From: an uncultured Prevotella sp.
GTDB taxonomy: Bacteria; Bacteroidota; Bacteroidia; Bacteroidales; Bacteroidaceae
Reading direction: 5' to 3'
Assembly: GCA_900320905.1 (NCBI GenBank)
Contig: ONTZ01000013.1
Span: 17,071-81,070 of the forward strand
DNA length: 64,000 nucleotides
How positions within the stretch are numbered: position 1 is the first letter of the stretch; each line of letters begins with the position of its first letter. This document shows positions 60,965 through 64,000 of the stretch, piece after piece. A program made the translations under genes and the position numbers. The notes below the pieces were generated by a model. The model did no database searches. It had not been told where the DNA came from and was given only the letters and a program-made list of their open reading frames with translations.

Positions 60965-62068
60965 ATGGGCAGAAGTCAGGAAATCATCCGTACCAGTTGG
61001 ATTGGTATTATAGCTAATGTGTTGTTGGCGGGCTTCAAGGCCGCAGTCGGTATTCTGGCCAGTAGTGTGGCCATCGTGATGGATGCTGTCAACAACCTGA
61101 GCGATGCACTATCGAGTGTCATCACCATCGTAGGTACGAAACTCTCACAGCGCCCTGCCGACAGGAAGCATCCTTTCGGTTTCGGGCGCATCGAGTATTT
61201 CAGTGCCATCATCATCGCTGTCATTGTGCTGTCGGCAGGTATCACCTCACTTATTGAGTCGGTAAAGAAAATCTTCGACCCTACGGAGCCTTCGTATACG
61301 ACGACCACACTCGTGGTTATCGTGGTGGCCATCGTAGTAAAGCTCATTCTTGGCCAGTATGTCAAGCGCAAGGGTGAACAGCTGAAGAGTGACGCGCTGA
61401 TAGCTTCCGGCTCGGATGCGCTGTTTGATGCGGTTATCACGCTGGCAACGCTCGTCTCGGCTGGTGTTATGCTTTTGTGGGGCGTGTCGCTCGATGGCAT
61501 CTTGGGTGCACTGATTTCCATTGTGATCATCAAGGCTGGTATCGAGATGCTGGCTTCGCCTGTCAACGAGCTGCTGGGTACGAGCATTTCGGCTGACTAT
61601 GCCAAACAGATTCAGAAGGAGGTTTCCGACTTCGAAGGCGTTCATGGTGTGTTCGACTTGATACTGCATAACTACGGCCCTGATGTAAAGATCGGTTCAC
61701 TGCACATCAACGTTTATGACACCATGTCGGCTCATGACATTCATGGTCTAACGCGTAAGATTTCAACTTACTTGTTTGAGAAGCACAGTATCATCACTAC
61801 TGTCGGCATCTATGCTGTGGCCACAGGCGAGAACCGTCGTACTGAGTTGCAGTCAAAGGTAATGCAGAGTCTCGCTGCCCACAAGGATATTGTTCAGGTG
61901 CATGGTTTCTACTATTCAGAGAAAGACAAATATCTCTCTATCGATATCGTACCTGATATTTCCGTTCATGATGACGCTGCCCTCGTCAGCCAACTTACCA
62001 ATGAGATACAACCTCTGGTGCCTGACACGCAGGTTGCTGTTGTCGTGGACCATAATTATACAGAATAA
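60965..62068 (+). CDS. Cation diffusion facilitator family transporter
   Basis: DAVNNLSD, HPFGFGRIEY and LHNYGP motifs. Confidence 0.9.
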   Translation: MGRSQEIIRTSWIGIIANVLLAGFKAAVGILASSVAIVMDAVNNLSDALSSVITIVGTKLSQRPADRKHPFGFGRIEYFSAIIIAVIVLSAGITSLIESVKKIFDPTEPSYTTTTLVVIVVAIVVKLILGQYVKRKGEQLKSDALIASGSDALFDAVITLATLVSAGVMLLWGVSLDGILGALISIVIIKAGIEMLASPVNELLGTSISADYAKQIQKEVSDFEGVHGVFDLILHNYGPDVKIGSLHINVYDTMSAHDIHGLTRKISTYLFEKHSIITTVGIYAVATGENRRTELQSKVMQSLAAHKDIVQVHGFYYSEKDKYLSIDIVPDISVHDDAALVSQLTNEIQPLVPDTQVAVVVDHNYTE

Positions 62069-62129
62069 TCCTGTATCGCTCTGTTCTCGCTTAATCGCAG
62101 CCTTTCGCCAATCTGTCCAGCAGTGCCTG

Positions 62130-62505
62130 ACAGCCCTTCTTCTCAACGCCTGTATGCACCGCGATATGCAGAGTAATACGCCACTTCGCTTTTATGAGTT
62201 TGCCAGCCATCTGGAGATTCTGAATGCTGGTGGCTTGTATGGCAATGCCCGTCCTGAGAATTTCCCAAGTGTGAACGATTATCGCAATCCACTTGTAGCC
62301 AGTGCCATGAAGACACTGGGCTATGTCAATATGTTCAATCGAGGTGTAGGCCAAGTCCAGACTGACTTGAAGGAGAATGGCAACCAACCTGCAGAGTTCA
62401 ACGTTAATCTTATCACAGCATTCAAGGTTGATGTGAAAGTCTCACAGAGCTATACCAACAAAACAGACGGTAAAGTTGGCGGTGATGTCCCCAGCTTGTC
62501 CCCAG
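62130..62505 (+). pseudogene. Internal fragment of an HATPase_c_4/RecG-C-like ATP-binding protein
   Basis: LLLNACMHRD, EILNAGGL and YRNPLVA...NRGV motifs; no proper start or C-terminus. Confidence 0.7.
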
Positions 62506-62844
62506 CATTGTTCATGCGCTGCTCCAATATGATATATGCTGATTCGAACTTGCGATGTCTGTCATCTTCAACGAACAGATCAACGTCTGAGATACTCGTC
62601 TCATTAAGTGCTATTGATAAGCACGATTTTGGCGTCAGGCGCCAGCCACCATCCTTTTCCTTCTTAGTCATAATTGTATTGTTTAGTGTTCGACGTTCTA
62701 CCTTATAGTAGGCGAAAAAGCGAAATGTTACGGCTGAAAGTTAGAAAAAGTGTATCAAATTGACACAAAACCGAACTTTCGTGCGTATAAAGTCTGTGTT
62801 AAAGCATGGATTTGACGGGGTGTTGCGTCGGAGATGGCAGGCTA

Positions 62845-62935
62845 TATCCATACTCTACTCATACTGTTTGAGTATGCCTAGAGTATGCCTAGAGTATGCC
62901 TAGAGTATGCTTAGAGTATGGCTACAGTATGGGTA
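62845..62935. repeat. 11-bp tandem repeat (GAGTATGCCTA x6) preceded by 2 inverted copies
   Basis: Direct units at 62870-62935; inverted units tatccatactc and tactcatactg at 62845-62866. Confidence 0.88.
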
Positions 62936-62985
62936 AAGCCTCATTTTCTTGAAAAAGATGGGCAGTTGGAGAACGTTGTTTTCAT

Positions 62986-63064
62986 GAACATATGTTCGTG
63001 GGACTTTCCAGATATGTTCATAAGGGGTGGGAACCTATGTTCGTGAGGCAATGAACATAGGTTG
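62986..63064. repeat. Four GAAC-N4-GTTC-type palindromes at 22-23-bp period
   Basis: GAACATATGTTC 62986, ccAgATATGTTC 63008, GAACCTATGTTC 63031 and GAACATAGGTTg 63053. Confidence 0.75.
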
Positions 63065-63186
63065 GGCGGGAAAAGGCACTATTTTGCATAAAAAAGCATA
63101 AAAAGTGGCTGATATTTTCGATTATTTCATTATTTCGTGAAGAAATTGAGAATAAATCACTACCTTTGTGCAATAAACTATTGAAT

Positions 63187-63417
63187 ATGGAAGATATTAA
63201 CCGAATAAAAATGGTCTTGTTCGAGAAGAAACGGACTGCACGTTGGCTTGCAGGACAGTTGGGGGTTACTCCGTCAACGGTCAGTAAATGGTGTACTAAC
63301 ACTTCGCAGCCAGATTTGGCTTGTCTGCTGAAGATTGCAGACTTGCTCGAAGTGGATATCAAGGAACTACTTGTGAGAGAGTACAAACAATATCTTCTTT
63401 CTCAGGAATCAAAATGA
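63187..63417 (+). CDS. XRE-family HTH transcriptional regulator
   Basis: NRIK.VL...WLAGQLG...TVSKWCTN.SQP; -7 box at 63161. Confidence 0.88.
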   Translation: MEDINRIKMVLFEKKRTARWLAGQLGVTPSTVSKWCTNTSQPDLACLLKIADLLEVDIKELLVREYKQYLLSQESK

Positions 63418-63567
63418 TAACATAGAACTATCGTTGGAAGGTCGTAGCGTAGGCCGAGGATAGAGGTGGCCGAGAGCCAAGCCGAGTCTTTCGTTAGGGT
63501 AAGAAGAGGGATAGAAGACAAATAGAAGTAAACGAGAATAAAAAGGAAATATAAAACGATTCAAGAT

Positions 63568-64000
63568 ATGACAGGAAATAATATAGATAACCCGCATTTT
63601 GTCGCATCGCATGACTTTCACGGTGATGCAGAATATGTTGCGTGGTTACAAGAAATCAAAGCTCGCTACCAGCGTATTCGTTCGCGTGTTGCCTTGCAGG
63701 CTAATTATGGTGCGCTGGAGTTCAACTGGCAATTAGGGCGCGACCTTGTTGAGAAGAAAGCCGAGCAGAAGTGGGGAACTGGCGTTGTGGAACAGCTTAG
63801 TCTTGACTTGCGTGCCGCCTATCCCGACGTCAAAGGCTTCTCTTCCCGCAACCTCTGGTACATGAAACAATGGTACCTTTTCTATAGTGGTAATTCTGTT
63901 CAGACAGAAAAACTGCACCGGCTTGGTGCAGAATTGCAAAGCATTGAAAATCAGAATCCTGTAAAACTGCACCAGCTTGGTGCAGAAATGGTTTCACCGA
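63568..64000 (+). CDS. YhcG/DUF1016 PD-(D/E)XK family protein (3' partial, absent from ORF track)
   Basis: Manual translation gives ...FNWQLGRDL...WGTGVVEQLSLDL...GFSSRNLWYMKQWY. Confidence 0.88.
   Translation, partial: MTGNNIDNPHFVASHDFHGDAEYVAWLQEIKARYQRIRSRVALQANYGALEFNWQLGRDLVEKKAEQKWGTGVVEQLSLDLRAAYPDVKGFSSRNLWYMKQWYLFYSGNSVQTEKLHRLGAELQSIENQNPVKLHQLGAEMVSP

Noticed and set aside
62986-63064. LexA SOS boxes
   Set aside because: The sequence matches the Firmicutes GAAC-N4-GTTC box, but the host is Bacteroidales and the sites do not overlap the -7 box. A periodic repeat is the simpler explanation.

Overview
Chromosomal window from a Bacteroidales bacterium, most likely Prevotella-like, judged from the pervasive TAnnTTTG (-7) promoter boxes and the gene content. 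Identifications come from recalled motifs and families, not database searches. About 1-46 kb is mostly housekeeping: a SurA-like PPIase, an OstA-like protein, mutL, tRNA-Val, paaK, purB, an RluB-like synthase, asnS, asd, cdsA, ftsH, rsfS, tRNA-Gln, corA, pepD and rsmA. It also holds a highly codon-biased 1260-aa surface lipoprotein/OmpA operon, an Rpn nuclease and an orphan cytochrome c biogenesis pair. About 46.5-64 kb is accessory: a type IIG/IIL-like R-M fusion, BRO and AlbA/HATPase genes, an HU-like/VapE module, an XRE regulator, YhcG and several deletion-scarred pseudogenes. The most notable signals are non-coding. (1) An 11-codon acidic uORF (MDDYPADNYDL) with mutually exclusive hairpins lies upstream of corA. 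(2) A 476-bp symmetric inverted-repeat element lies between the HU-like and VapE genes. (3) Three copies of a 75-bp terminal-inverted-repeat core each sit between outward-facing promoters. (4) A promoter-driven, almost C-free candidate sRNA carries repeated GUUAG motifs. (5) A six-copy palindromic array with 42/43-bp period lies next to rpn. No CRISPR-Cas, integrase or rRNA was seen.
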